Assembly: GCA_963758635.1 (NCBI GenBank)
Contig: CAVWWD010000003.1
Location: forward strand, 32,001-96,000
DNA from: an uncultured Candidatus Rokubacteria bacterium
GTDB lineage: Bacteria > Methylomirabilota > Methylomirabilia > Rokubacteriales > CSP1-6
Direction of reading: 5' to 3'
Length of the DNA stretch: 64,000 nucleotides
The notes below the pieces were generated by a model that searched no databases, had not been told where the DNA came from, and saw only the letters and a program-made list of their open reading frames with translations. Shown here in pieces: positions 30,500 through 41,035 of the stretch (position 1 is the first letter of the stretch; each line of letters starts with the position of its first letter). Position numbers and translations under genes: made by a program.

Positions 30500-31459
30500 T
30501 CATTCGATCACTTCGTCGGCACGAGCGAGCAGCGACGGCGACAGGGTCAGGCCAAGTGCCTTGGCGGTGCTCAGGTTGATGACGAACTCGAACTTTGTCG
30601 GCCGTTCCACCGGCAGATCGCCTGGCTTGGCGCCTTGCAGGATCTTCTGCACGTATTCCGCCGCCCGCCTGTAGAGGTCGCCGTAATCAGGTCCATACGT
30701 CATGAGGCCGCCCGTCTGCACCATGTCGCGGTGACCGTACATCGTCGGCAGCCGGTGCTTGACCGCGAGCTCGGCGATCCTGGCCCTATGAGTCGTGAAC
30801 ACGGTGTCATCCACGACGAGGAGCGCCCCCGCACCCCGCGCCGTGGAGATCGCCCTTTCGAGCTCACCGTGGTCGCGCGCTGCAACGACCTGCAGGCGCA
30901 CTCCCAGGGCTCCTGCGGCACGCTCCGCCTGCTTCGTGTGTTCCGCCGTCGCCGGACTGCCGGCGCGCACCAGGAAAGCGACACTGGCAAGACCGGGAAT
31001 GAGCTGCTGCAGCAGTTGCAGTCGCTTTCCATTGAGCTCCTCGGCGAGGGCGGTGATGCCGGTGATCCGTCCGCCGGGCCGCGCGAGACTCGTGACCAGC
31101 CCCATCGCCACCGGGTCCACGGCGGCCACGAATACCACCGGGATCGTCACGTCCCGAGTCAGTAGCACCGACGAGGTCCCGGAAGCCAATAGCACGTCGA
31201 CCTTCAGACGCTTCAACTCGGCGAGAGCATCGGGAAGTCGAGCCACGCTCTCCGCGAGGGCCCACTCGATCACCAGGTTCCTACCCTCGGTCAGCCCGTG
31301 CTCGCGCAACCCTTGGCGAAAGCCGGCGAGGAACTGCTGAGGCGGCGGGCCGACCCGCAGGAAGCCGATTCGCTTCACCTGCTGAGCGATACCGTGGCGG
31401 GGCCGGAGGACTGCCGACACGGTGGTCCCGACAACGACGACGAACTCTCGCCGCTTCAC
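30500..31459 (-). CDS. ABC transporter substrate-binding protein (ABC_sub_bind type), orphan
   Basis: KRREF leader, DPVAMGLVTSLARPGGRITG, GGLMTYG, ILQGAKPGDLPVERPTKFEFVINL, RADEVIE; more AT-rich codons. Confidence 0.92.
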   Translation of the reverse strand: MKRREFVVVVGTTVSAVLRPRHGIAQQVKRIGFLRVGPPPQQFLAGFRQGLREHGLTEGRNLVIEWALAESVARLPDALAELKRLKVDVLLASGTSSVLLTRDVTIPVVFVAAVDPVAMGLVTSLARPGGRITGITALAEELNGKRLQLLQQLIPGLASVAFLVRAGSPATAEHTKQAERAAGALGVRLQVVAARDHGELERAISTARGAGALLVVDDTVFTTHRARIAELAVKHRLPTMYGHRDMVQTGGLMTYGPDYGDLYRRAAEYVQKILQGAKPGDLPVERPTKFEFVINLSTAKALGLTLSPSLLARADEVIE

Positions 31460-31657
31460 TCGATCACCTCATCGCCACGCTCGATCGGCGTGGCCGTCTC
31501 GGGACGTGCGATCCGGCGCCATCTGCCTCCCTGCTCCACGATGCGCGTGAGGATCTGGCGAAAGAGGGACCCTGTCAAGGAGCTTCAGGCGAGCGACAGG
31601 TTGACGTCCAGCTCTCAAAACGAAAATGCGGGATGATACCTCCGTGACGGGACCCCC

Positions 31658-32755
31658 ATGGCGCCGCCTCCCCAGGTGATCGACGCGATCGACGGGTTCG
31701 TGCCGCCGCTCCTCGGCGCGCTCGAGCGCATCGGATGGGTGCAGCGCCACCTGCACCCGCCGCTCGCCGAGCGGCTGGCCGCGGCGCTCTCCCCGCACGC
31801 GACCGCGGTGGCCGGGCCGCTCGGCGCGCTGACCGAGACGGCGTGGCCGGACGAGCTCTCCTTCCTGAAGGACCGGCTCGCCGGCGTCGGGCGCCAGACG
31901 GTGGAGCTGATCGAGGCCTTCGTGGACGCCTCGCGGACGCAGGGCGACCTGATCGGCCTCTACCGGGCGATCCGTCGGTTCGCGCCGATCCAGGAGGCGC
32001 TCTACCCGGTGGCGCCCATCCTGCCCGCGGTGAGCCAGTGGTTCCTCGAGCCCGGCCGGCGGGGCGACGAGGACCTGGTGGCCCGGCTGCGGGAGGCCGC
32101 CCTCCGCGACGACGGCGTGAGGGTGGGCGTGCTCCACTCGGCGAACGAGCGCGGCGACCGCGGCGGCTTCTCGCTCTACGTGCCGGAGACGTGGGACGGC
32201 CGCGCGGCGATGCCGCTGGTGGTGGCCCTCCACGGCGGCTCCGGGCACGGCCGCGACTTCCTCTGGGTGTGGCTGCGCGAGGCCCGCGCGCGGGGCCTGC
32301 TGCTCATGGCGCCCACGTCGCAGGACCGCACGTGGTCGATCATGGGCGGGCCCGACCAGGACGCCGACCCCATCCGCGAGGCCGTGGCGGGCGTCGCCTC
32401 GCGGTATCCGGTGGACCGCGACCGCATCCTCCTCACCGGCATGTCGGACGGCGCCACGTACGCGCTCGTCGTGGGCCTGCGCGAGGACATGCCGTTCACC
32501 CACCTGGCTCCCGCGTGCGGCGTCCTGCACCCCGTGCTCCTCGCCGACGGGCGCATCGGCCGCCTCAAGGACCGTCCCGTCTACCTGGTCCACGGCGCGC
32601 TGGACTGGATGTTCCCGGTCGGCACGGCGCAGATGATGCGCCAGGTGCTCGAGGTCACGGGCGCGCGGCTCGTGTACCGGGAGATCGAGGACCTCTCGCA
32701 CACGTACCCGCGCGACGAGAACCCGCGGATCCTCGACTGGCTGATGAGCGCGTGA
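31658..32755 (+). CDS. Alpha/beta hydrolase (phospholipase/carboxylesterase-like) with helical N-terminal domain
   Basis: LHGGSG, GMSDG nucleophile elbow, HGALD, SHTY. Confidence 0.85.
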   Translation: MAPPPQVIDAIDGFVPPLLGALERIGWVQRHLHPPLAERLAAALSPHATAVAGPLGALTETAWPDELSFLKDRLAGVGRQTVELIEAFVDASRTQGDLIGLYRAIRRFAPIQEALYPVAPILPAVSQWFLEPGRRGDEDLVARLREAALRDDGVRVGVLHSANERGDRGGFSLYVPETWDGRAAMPLVVALHGGSGHGRDFLWVWLREARARGLLLMAPTSQDRTWSIMGGPDQDADPIREAVAGVASRYPVDRDRILLTGMSDGATYALVVGLREDMPFTHLAPACGVLHPVLLADGRIGRLKDRPVYLVHGALDWMFPVGTAQMMRQVLEVTGARLVYREIEDLSHTYPRDENPRILDWLMSA

Positions 32756-32836
32756 GCGGCGTATGATCTCCGCGGGCCCGGCGAGTCTCCGCGGGCCGCG
32801 GTCGTCTTCACACTCGATCCCGCGAAAGGAGCCCCG

Positions 32837-33608
32837 ATGACTGTCACGCCCCAGGATGTCCCGTCGATGCGCGAGCGGGTCTCGCCCGAGGAGTGGGCGG
32901 TGCGCGTGGACCTCGCCGCCAGCTACCGGCTCGTGCACGACTTCGGCTGGGAGGATCTCGTCTTCACCCACATCACGGCGCGGGTGCCCGGCACCCAGGA
33001 CCAGTTCCTCATCAACCCGTACGGGCTCTTCTTCGACGAGATCACCGCGTCGAGCCTGGTGAAGATCGACCTCCGCGGCGAGAAGGTGGGCGAGTCGCCG
33101 TTCCCGGTGAACCCCGCCGGCTTCGTGATCCACAGCGCCATCCACGCCGCGCGTCACGACGCCCGCTGCGTGCTCCACACCCACACGGTGAACGGCGTGG
33201 CGGTGGCCGCGCAGCGCGAGGGGCTCCTGCCGCTGTCCCAGCACTCGATGTTCGTGCTCCCGAGCCTGGGCTACCACGACTTCGAGGGCCCGGCGCTCCG
33301 CGACGACGAGAAGCCGCGCCTCGTCGCCGACCTGGGCGACAACACCTCGCTGATCCTCCGCAACCACGGGCTCCTCACGGTGGGCGAGACGGTCGCGGAG
33401 GCCTTCTTCGCGATGTACTACCTGGAGACGTCCTGCGCCATCCAGGTGCGCGCGCAGGCCGGGGGCGGCGAGCTGATCCCCGTGCCGAAGGAGGTGCTCG
33501 ACGGCGCCTACGGGCAGGGCGTCGGCCGCGCCTCGCGCCAGGCCGCGCTGGTGTGGCCCGGCCTGCTGCGGCGGCTGGACCGCAGCCGACCCCTCGTACA
33601 AGAACTGA
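32837..33608 (+). CDS. Class II aldolase/adducin family protein (frameshift near the 3' end)
   Basis: THITARVP, FLINPYG, IHSAIH, HTHT, LRNHG; likely end DPSYKN*. Confidence 0.92.
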
Positions 33609-33616
33609 TCGCGAAA

Positions 33617-33733
33617 CCCTCTCCCCTCTGGGGAGAGGGCAGGGTGAGGGGCGGTGGCGCAACCTCGCGGATCGACCGCCGAGCTGGTTCGACCGACCCT
33701 CACCCCGACCCTCTCCCTCGAAGGGAGAGGGGG
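33617..33733. repeat. Inverted doublet of REP-like palindromes
   Basis: CCCTCTCCCCTCTGGGGAGAGGGCAGGGTGAGGGG ... CCCTCACCCCGACCCTCTCCCTCGAAGGGAGAGGGGG. Confidence 0.85.
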
Positions 33734-33742
33734 AGGACGGAG

Positions 33743-34574
33743 CTACCGCCCCGTGAGTCCCTGGATGAAGCGGTCCAGGACCAGGTTGAACAGGATGGCC
33801 GTGGGAATCCCCACCAGGAGCGCGCCGGCCATCAGCGAGCCCCAGAAGAAGATGTCCCCGCGGATCAGCATGGTCGGGAGCCCGACCGTGACCACTTTCT
33901 CCTCCACCGGAGCCGAGAGCACCACCGCGTAGAGGTACTCCTGCATCGAGAGGGTGAAGGCGAAGATCCCCGTCGTCACCACCCCGGGCAGGGACAGCGG
34001 CAGGACGACCCGCAGCAGTCCGCCCACCACGCCGCAGCCGTCGAGCCACGCCGCCTCCTCCACCTCGAGAGGCACCGCGCGGAAGAAGCCGGACATGAGC
34101 CACGTGCAGAACGGGATGGTGAACGTCGGGTACACGAGCACCAGCGCCCACCGCGTATCCATGAGCCCGAGCCGGCCGACCAGCGCGGTGAGGGGGATGA
34201 ACAGGATGATGGACGGCACGAGATAGGTCATGAACAGCGCGATGCCGAACTTGTCCGCGCCGCGGACCTTCCCTCGGGCGATCGCGTACGCCGCGGGCAC
34301 GGCGGCGCACCAGGGTGATCGCCACGACGCACGCGGACACCGTCGCCGTGTTGACGAGCCAGGTGCCGAACCACGTCTCGTGGAACAGGAGCGCGACGTG
34401 CTTGAGCGTGGGCGGGTCGTGGAACCACAGCGGGAAGCGCATCCGGTAGAGGTCGCGCTCGTCCTTGAACGTCGTGATCACCATCCACAGCAGGGGGAAG
34501 AGGACGATGACGAGGAACGGCGCGAGCCCGGCGTAGACCAGCGCGTTCCGGAGCGCGGGCCGGGGACGCCTCAC
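33743..34574 (-). CDS. Carbohydrate ABC transporter permease, orphan (frameshift near 34308)
   Basis: VPLEVEEAAWLDGC EAA loop; GTGA overlap with the M20 gene. Confidence 0.85.
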
Positions 34575-36007
34575 CCGCGGCCGGCGCGATGGTGGGCGGC
34601 GACGACGTCCGCCACGCAGGCGGTGAGGCGCTCGGCGTAGGGCACGTGCAGGAACTCGTTCGGGCCGTGCGCGTTCGAGCCCGGTCCGCCCGTGCCCGTG
34701 ATGAAGAACTGGGCGCGCGGGAAGCGCTCGCCGAGCATGGCCATGAACGGGATCGATCCGCCCAGCCCCTTGAACATCGCGGGGCGGCCGAAGTGCCGCT
34801 CCGACGCCTCCTGCACGGCGGTGGTGAGCCAGGGCCGCGTCGCCGGCGCATCCCAGCCCGGCGACGGCGTGGACGCCTCGTAGCGCACGCGGGCGCCGTA
34901 CGGCGGGTCGGCCTCGAGGATCTCGGCGAGCCGGCGCGTGGCCCGCGCCGCGTCGAGGGTGGGCGGGATGCGCAGCGAGAGCTTGAGCTGGGTCACCGGC
35001 CTCAGCACGTTGCCGCCGTCGGCGGGGGCGGGCAGGCCGGCGGCGCCGGTGATCTCCAGCGCGGGCGCCCAGGTGTTGGCGAGGAGGAGGTCGACCGGCT
35101 GCTCGTGCGCGTAGCGCATGCCGGGCACCAGCGGGTAGCGCCCGGAGAGCTCGTCGCCCAGGGCCTCGGCCACCTCGCGGGCCTCCGCCACCCGCGCGGG
35201 CGGCAGCTCGACGTGGAAGTCGCGCGCGATCACCCCGGTGCGCTCGTCCTCGAGTCGCGAGAGGATCTGGCGCGCGATGCGGAAGCTCGACGGCACGATG
35301 CCGCTGGCCGCGCCCGAGTGCACGCCCTCGGTGAGCACCTCCACCGTGAGCACGCCGTTGACGAGGCCGCGAAGCGACGTGGTGCCCCAGAGCTGGTCGT
35401 AGTTGCCGCAGCCGGAGTCCAGGCAGATCACGAGGTCGGGCGCGCCGAGGCGCCCGGCGAGGGCGTCCATGTAGGCGGGCAGGTCCATGCTGCCGCTTTC
35501 CTCGCTGCCCTCGATCAGCACCACGCACCGCGCGTGCGGGGCGCCGGCGCGCTGCACGGCCTCGATGGCGGTGAGCGCGCAGAAGGCGGCGTAGCCGTCG
35601 TCCTGCACGCCGCGCCCGTAGAGCTTCTCGCCGCGCCGCACCGGCGTCCACGGGCCGAGGCCGTCGGCCCAGCCCACCATCTCCGGCTGCTTGTCGCAGT
35701 GGCCGTAGAGGAGGATCGTCTCGGACGACGTCCCGGGCACCTCGAACAGGAGGAGCGGGGTGCGCCCCGGCAGCCGGACCGTCTCCGCCTTCAGGCCCTC
35801 GATCGGCCGCTGGCGTCCCCAGCTCTCGATGAGCGCGGCGGCGCGGTCGATGTGCCCGTGCGCGGCCCACTCCCGGTCGAACGCGGGCGACTTGGCCGGG
35901 ATCTCGATGAAACGCGTGAGCGCGGGAACGACGTCGTCCTCCCAGCGGTGGTGGACGAACGCGAGCGTGTCGGCGGCGGGCAGCGGACTCGACGGAGTAG
36001 GGCTCAT
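34571..36007 (-). CDS. M20 family metallopeptidase
   Basis: YGHCDKQP, GRGVQDDG, EESGS, VHSG, NAHGPNE. Confidence 0.93.
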   Translation of the reverse strand: MSPTPSSPLPAADTLAFVHHRWEDDVVPALTRFIEIPAKSPAFDREWAAHGHIDRAAALIESWGRQRPIEGLKAETVRLPGRTPLLLFEVPGTSSETILLYGHCDKQPEMVGWADGLGPWTPVRRGEKLYGRGVQDDGYAAFCALTAIEAVQRAGAPHARCVVLIEGSEESGSMDLPAYMDALAGRLGAPDLVICLDSGCGNYDQLWGTTSLRGLVNGVLTVEVLTEGVHSGAASGIVPSSFRIARQILSRLEDERTGVIARDFHVELPPARVAEAREVAEALGDELSGRYPLVPGMRYAHEQPVDLLLANTWAPALEITGAAGLPAPADGGNVLRPVTQLKLSLRIPPTLDAARATRRLAEILEADPPYGARVRYEASTPSPGWDAPATRPWLTTAVQEASERHFGRPAMFKGLGGSIPFMAMLGERFPRAQFFITGTGGPGSNAHGPNEFLHVPYAERLTACVADVVAAHHRAGRG

Positions 36008-36312
36008 GGCCGCTCACCGTAGCACCGGCCCCGGGCCCGTGCAACGACGTGGGGACGGCCGCCTCACCCCGACGACGAGCGCTGCCGCGCCGGGGCGACG
36101 CGAAAACTGCCCGCCGGCGAGGCGGCAAGTGTGTCATCCTCTGGGCAGCATCTGGGTTCGGCTGGCGGTTCATCGGGGACCCTCCCTCTCCAGATCGCGT
36201 CTCTGGCACGGACTTCCGCGTTCCAGAGCACGCCCTCAACGCGGAAGATGCGACTGGAGGCTCGCTCAATGGCATCCATGCCCTTCGGTCGCGCGAAGGA
36301 GCGGCGCGCGCG

Positions 36313-36528
36313 ATGCAGGTCATAGCGTTCTCGACACCGTCCCGTCCGGAGTGGCGCTGGCGCATCGTGAGCTACTCGGGAGAGCTCGTCGAGGAGTCGC
36401 GGGAGACGTTCTCGACGATCGGCATCGCGGTGGCGCGCGGGACGAAGCGCCTGACCGAGCTGAACATCGTCGACCGTTCCGTGGCCGCCACGCCGTACCG
36501 ATCGACCTCTCATCTGCGGAGGCGGTGA
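36313..36528 (+). CDS. Small hypothetical protein
   Basis: AAGGAG RBS; WRWRIVSYSGELVEES beta-rich motif. Confidence 0.65.
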   Translation: MQVIAFSTPSRPEWRWRIVSYSGELVEESRETFSTIGIAVARGTKRLTELNIVDRSVAATPYRSTSHLRRR

Positions 36529-36584
36529 CCCGCCTCCGGCCCGCCTTGCCGCCGTCGCGGGCCGTAGCGCCGTGACGGCGAGCC

Positions 36585-37544
36585 TCACAGATAGCGCTCC
36601 AGCCTGGCCCGGCCCTGCCGGCGGAGGAACGGGGCCCAGAGATCCCCGCGACGCCGCACGCGCGTGGGCACGGTGTCGATCCGGAAGTCCTCGATGCGCA
36701 CGCCGCGCTCCACCTCGGCCCACGTGACCGGCGTGGAGACGGCGGCGCGCGGGTGCGGACGGACGGAGTAGACGGAGGCCAGCGTCTGGCCCCACGCGTT
36801 CTGGTTGTAGTCCACGAGGATGCGGCCGGCGGGCCGGCGCGCGATCCGGTACTCCGCGGTGAGGACGGCGGGGCGGGCCGCGGCGAGGCCGAGGGAGAAC
36901 GCCTTGGCGAACTCCCACACCTGCTTCTGCGTGGGCCCGCGGACGATCGGGACGTAGACGTGGATGCCGCGGGAGCCCGTCGTCTTCGCCACGCTCGCCA
37001 TGCCCAGCCCCGAGAGGCCTTCGCGCACGAGCAGCGCCGCCTCCGAGACGCGCTCGAACGGCGGCGTGCCCACGGGATCGAGGTCGAAGTGGAGCACGTC
37101 CGGGCGATCCACGTCGTCGCAGGTCGCGTACCACGGGTTCAGGTCGATGCACCCCAGGTTCACCACCCAGAGCAGCGAGAGGAGGTCCTGGACCATCGGG
37201 AAGTCGATGACGTTCCCGGAGTCGTGCTCGATGGCGCAGGTCTCGATCCATGGTGGCCGCGGAGAGGGCGCGCGCTTCATGAAGAACGATGGGCCGCGGG
37301 CGCCGTCCGGGTAGCGCCGCATCACCATCGCGCGGTCGCGCAGGTGGGGCACGAGGACCGACGCCATGTCCGCGTAGTACTGGAGCAGCCCGCCCTTGGT
37401 GATGCCGAGGTCGGGCCAGAACGGCTTGCGCAGGTTGGTGAGGGTGACGCTCCGGCCGCCCGCGCGGATCTCGACGGTGTCCTGGTCGAGCGGCAGCCGG
37501 AGCGCGGGCGCCCGCGATCGCGACCGGGCCGCCCGTGGGGTCAC
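36585..37544 (-). CDS. Stand-alone primase-polymerase (LigD polymerase-domain / Prim-PolC-like)
   Basis: LTNLRKPFWP, TKGGLLQYY, RYPDG, FFMK, FDLDP, KTTGSRGIH, VDYNQN, YSVR, VSTPVTW. Confidence 0.92.
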   Translation of the reverse strand: MTPRAARSRSRAPALRLPLDQDTVEIRAGGRSVTLTNLRKPFWPDLGITKGGLLQYYADMASVLVPHLRDRAMVMRRYPDGARGPSFFMKRAPSPRPPWIETCAIEHDSGNVIDFPMVQDLLSLLWVVNLGCIDLNPWYATCDDVDRPDVLHFDLDPVGTPPFERVSEAALLVREGLSGLGMASVAKTTGSRGIHVYVPIVRGPTQKQVWEFAKAFSLGLAAARPAVLTAEYRIARRPAGRILVDYNQNAWGQTLASVYSVRPHPRAAVSTPVTWAEVERGVRIEDFRIDTVPTRVRRRGDLWAPFLRRQGRARLERYL

Positions 37545-38158
37545 GGAGGCGTCCCGCGCCGCGGCACGAGGCGCGGCGGCCGCGGGCCGTGCCGGGCCGA
37601 GCCCACCACGGGCGCGTAGTCGAGCTCCTCGCCCGCGTCCGCGCACCGGAGCAGGAGGCCGCCCCGGCTCATGTCGCCGCGGCCCACGAAGGCGGGCGGG
37701 AAGACGAGGCGATCGCCCAGCACCTCGTGGAGCGGGTCGACGTACTTGCCCGTGGCCACGCTGCCGAGGAGGACGAACCGCGTGCCGGCCGGCCGTCGCG
37801 CGAGGAGCGCGCGGGCGTCGCGCAGCAGCGGATCCCGGTAGCGCGCGTCGTCGGCGTGGATGTCCACGGTCGCGTACTGCTGGAGGCGGGAGAGGTCCAC
37901 CATCACGTCCGGAGGGAGCAGCCCCTCCGCGGGTGTGATGACGCGCACGTCGTCCGCGGCCTCCCCGGCGAAGGCGCGCGCGTACGCGAGCTTGCCGCGG
38001 AAGTAGAGGCCGCTCATGAACGAGAAGACCTCGCCGAGCGGCGCGCCGCCGGGAGCGCGCAGGCGGCGGGCCAGGTCGAACTCCGCCCGGGGATTCGTGA
38101 GGATGCGGGCGCGCTGGCCCCCGCAATGCGCGGGGGACAGCAAGAAGACGCGGCTCAC
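37541..38158 (-). CDS. Hypothetical protein coupled between polX and the primase-polymerase
   Basis: GTGA overlaps on both sides; FLLSPAHCGG, FSFMSGLYFRGKLAYA, LLGSVATGKY, GRGDMSRGGLLLR. Confidence 0.85.
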   Translation of the reverse strand: MSRVFLLSPAHCGGQRARILTNPRAEFDLARRLRAPGGAPLGEVFSFMSGLYFRGKLAYARAFAGEAADDVRVITPAEGLLPPDVMVDLSRLQQYATVDIHADDARYRDPLLRDARALLARRPAGTRFVLLGSVATGKYVDPLHEVLGDRLVFPPAFVGRGDMSRGGLLLRCADAGEELDYAPVVGSARHGPRPPRLVPRRGTPP

Positions 38159-39872
38159 GGCCGGACGGCCCTTCGGAACTCCTCGGCGCCGAGCGTGTTC
38201 AGCACCTCACCGCGGCGGATCCAGCCCCGTCGCGCGATCGCCACGCCGTACCGGTCGTTGGCGAGGGCCGCCACCGAGTGGGCGTCGGTGGAGACGACGA
38301 AGGGGATGCCCCGCTCGCGCGCGGCACGGAGCCAGCGCGGCTCCATGTCGAGCCGGCGCGGATCGCCGTTCACCTCGACCGCCCCCCGCGAGGCGGCGAG
38401 CCCGTCGAGCACCGCCTCCATGTCGCACTCGAAGGGCGGCCGCGACGGGATGAGGCGGCCGCGCGCGTGGCCCCAGATCTTGAACACCGGCCACGAGAGC
38501 GCGCGCAGGAGCCGGCGCGTCATCTGCTCCGCGTTCATCCGATGCCGCGCGTGGACGCTCGCGATGACCACGTCCATCTGCTCGAGGATCGCGTCCGGGT
38601 AGTCGAGGGCGCCGTCGGCGAGGATGTCGCACTCCGTGCCGCGGAGCAGGCGCACGCGGACGCGCTCCTGCACGCGCGCGATCTCCTCCCACTGCGCGGC
38701 GAGACGGTCCAGGCCGAGGCCGTTCGCGTAGTGGGCGGCCGCGGAGTGGTCGGTGATCGTGATGTAGTCCATGCCCAGGGCGTCGGCGGCGCGGGCCATC
38801 TCCTCGATCGTGGCGGTTCCGTCCGAGTATACGGTGTGGCAGTGCACGAGCCCCCGCAGGTCGCGGGACTCGAGCAGGTCGGCGGGCAGCGTGCCGGCCG
38901 CCGCGGCCTCGATCTCGCCCTGGTCCTCCCGCAGCTCGGGCGGGACGGGTTCGAGGCCGAGCGCGCGGTAGAGCGCGGGCTCGTCGTCCACGGGGAGCGC
39001 GGTGTCGCTGCCCGCGCGCGCGAGAGCGCCAGCGGCTCCAGCGCGAGGCCGCGCGCCTGGGCGATGCGCTCGAGCCGCGCGAGGTGGGCCGCCGAGCCCG
39101 TGCGGCGGTGTGACGGCGACCGACGAAGGCCGGGGGCGGCACCACGTGGAGCGAGAGGTCCACGCCGTCGGCGAGCCTGACGCGGCATGCGTCGGGCGAG
39201 CGATCCACGACGGCCGGCCACCGGCGGAAAGCGGAGGAAGCCGTCGATGACGGGCGCGGCCGCGCGCGCCGCGGCGACCAGCTCGATCTCGTCGACCAGC
39301 TCCACCGCGCGCCGGAGCGCCCCCGCCGTCTCGACGCGCTCCACGCCGGGCAGCGACGCCACGTACGCGGCGATGTGCTCGGCCGCGCGATTCGCCTCGT
39401 CCAGGCGCAGGCCGCGCGCCGCCGGACGCGGCTCCGCGAGCGCGGCGAGGAGATTCCGCGCCGCCCGATCCCCGAAGCCGGGCACGCGGGCGAGGGTTCC
39501 CGCCTCCGCGGCCGCGCGCAGGGTGGCCACGCTGTCGATGCCCGCCTCGGAGAGCGCGCGGATCTTCGCGAGGCCGAGCCCGGGCACCTGGCTCAGCTCG
39601 AGCACGCCGCGCGGGAGCGATCCGCGCAGGTCCTCGAGGAGGCCGGACCGCCCGGTACGGTGGAGCTCGGTGATGACGGCGGCGAGGCCCCGGCCGATGC
39701 CGGGAATGGTGGTGAGCCGCGCCCCGCGCACCATCTCGTCGAGGTCGCCGGCGAGCGCCTCGATCGCGCGCGCACCGCGCGCGTAGGCGCGCACGCGCGG
39801 CGCCTCGCCGCCGCTCGCGGCCAGGAGCTGCCCGATCTCGCGGAGCGCGCGGGCGATGTCGAGGCGGTCCGT
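38155..39872 (-). CDS. polX: DNA polymerase X / PHP 3'-5' exonuclease (several frameshifts 38990-39200; start codon reads ACG)
   Basis: RAYARGA, IPGIG and VPGLG HhH, AGALRR, TGSAAH, HCHTVYSDG, ITDHS, GTECDI, ASVH, STDAH. Confidence 0.9.
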
Positions 39873-39876
39873 GGTG

Positions 39877-39935
39877 CCTCCTACTGAGCCCCGCGCATCA
39901 GACTAACGCCGAGCGGTGGGACTGTAGAGGCCCGT
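39877..39935 (-). promoter_or_regulatory. Conserved 59-bp leader, copy B (upstream of polX)
   Basis: ACGGGCCTCTACAGTCCCACCGCTCGGCGTTAGTCTGATGCGCGGGGCTCAGTAGGAGG; homologous to 57677-57735. Confidence 0.7.
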
Positions 39936-39962
39936 GGCGGTTACCCCATTGTGTGAGGGGCA

Positions 39963-40205
39963 CTACGTGCGACGCCGGTCGCGCGCCTCGAGGATCTCGG
40001 CCGAGCTCTGCACCGGGGTCTCGGGCCCGCGCGAGATCCCGAGCTCACGGTCGAGCTCCTCCGGATCGCGCTCCTCGGGGCTCTCCTCGTCGGTCATCGC
40101 GGCTTCCTCGCGCTGCTCGATCTCCTCCACCGTGCGCTCGTCCGTGCGCGGGAGATCCTCGGTCGTGCCGTCCGGCGCCGTCTGGTTCCGTCGTCGTCTC
40201 GCCAT
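39963..40205 (-). CDS. Small acidic, probably disordered protein
   Basis: AGGAGG RBS; 80 aa, E/D/R rich. Confidence 0.65.
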   Translation of the reverse strand: MARRRRNQTAPDGTTEDLPRTDERTVEEIEQREEAAMTDEESPEERDPEELDRELGISRGPETPVQSSAEILEARDRRRT

Positions 40206-40366
40206 CGGTGCGGTCCTCCTTGCTCGCGCGGAATCTTGCATAGAGTGTTCCGCGCGCGCGACCGGCGTGAGGACCGCGGGGAAATGCCGGCTCCGCAAGG
40301 AGCGGCGGGATCGCGGCGGCGACGACACGCGCGGGGTCGGCACCGATTTACCGCGTAGAAAGGACC

Positions 40367-41033
40367 ATGCGATGGCCCCACCCGGATGCGCAGTGCACCT
40401 CCGCCGCGCCGTTCGTGCCGGCCCATCCCACGCTCGCGTCGCTCCGATCGGCCGTCGGCGGGATGCCGGGGATGCGACCTGTACCGTCACGCCACCCAGA
40501 CCGTGTTCGGCGAGGGCCCCGAGGACGCGCCGCTCATGATGGTGGGCGAGCAGCCGGGGAACGACGAGGACCTCGCCGGGCGCCCCTTCGTGGGACCGGC
40601 GGGCCGGCTCCTCGACCGGGCGATCGCGGAGGCCGGCCTCGACCGCGGCCGGATCTACGTGACGAACGCGGTGAAGCACTTCAAGTGGAAGCAGGAGGGC
40701 GGGGGCAAGCGGCGCATCCACGACAAGCCGAACGCGAGCGAGGTCGAGGCGTGCCGCCCCTGGTTCCAGGCCGAGCTCGACGTGGTCAAGCCGCGCGTGC
40801 TGATGGCGCTCGGCGCCACCGCGGCGCGCGCCATCCTCGGCCCCTCCTTTCGCCTCACGCGCGACCGCGGCCGTCTCGTTCCCTCGCCGCTCGCTCCGCG
40901 CGTGCTCGCCACCGTCCATCCGTCGTCGCTGCTCCGCATCCCCGACGAGGACGAGCGACACGAGGCGATGGTGCGGCTCGTCGACGACCTGCGCGTGGCC
41001 GCGCGCGCCGTCCAGGAGACCGCGTCGCGCTGA
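40367..41033 (+). CDS. udgX: UdgX family uracil-DNA glycosylase/binding protein (frameshift near 40460)
   Basis: CRGCDL Fe-S ligands, GEQPG, RPFVGPAG, NAVKHFK, diagnostic KRRIH loop, HPS. Confidence 0.9.
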
Positions 41034-41035
41034 AG

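Noticed and set aside
36203..36220. Sigma-54 promoter TGGCACGGACTTCC
   Set aside because: The -12 GC is not at the required spacing
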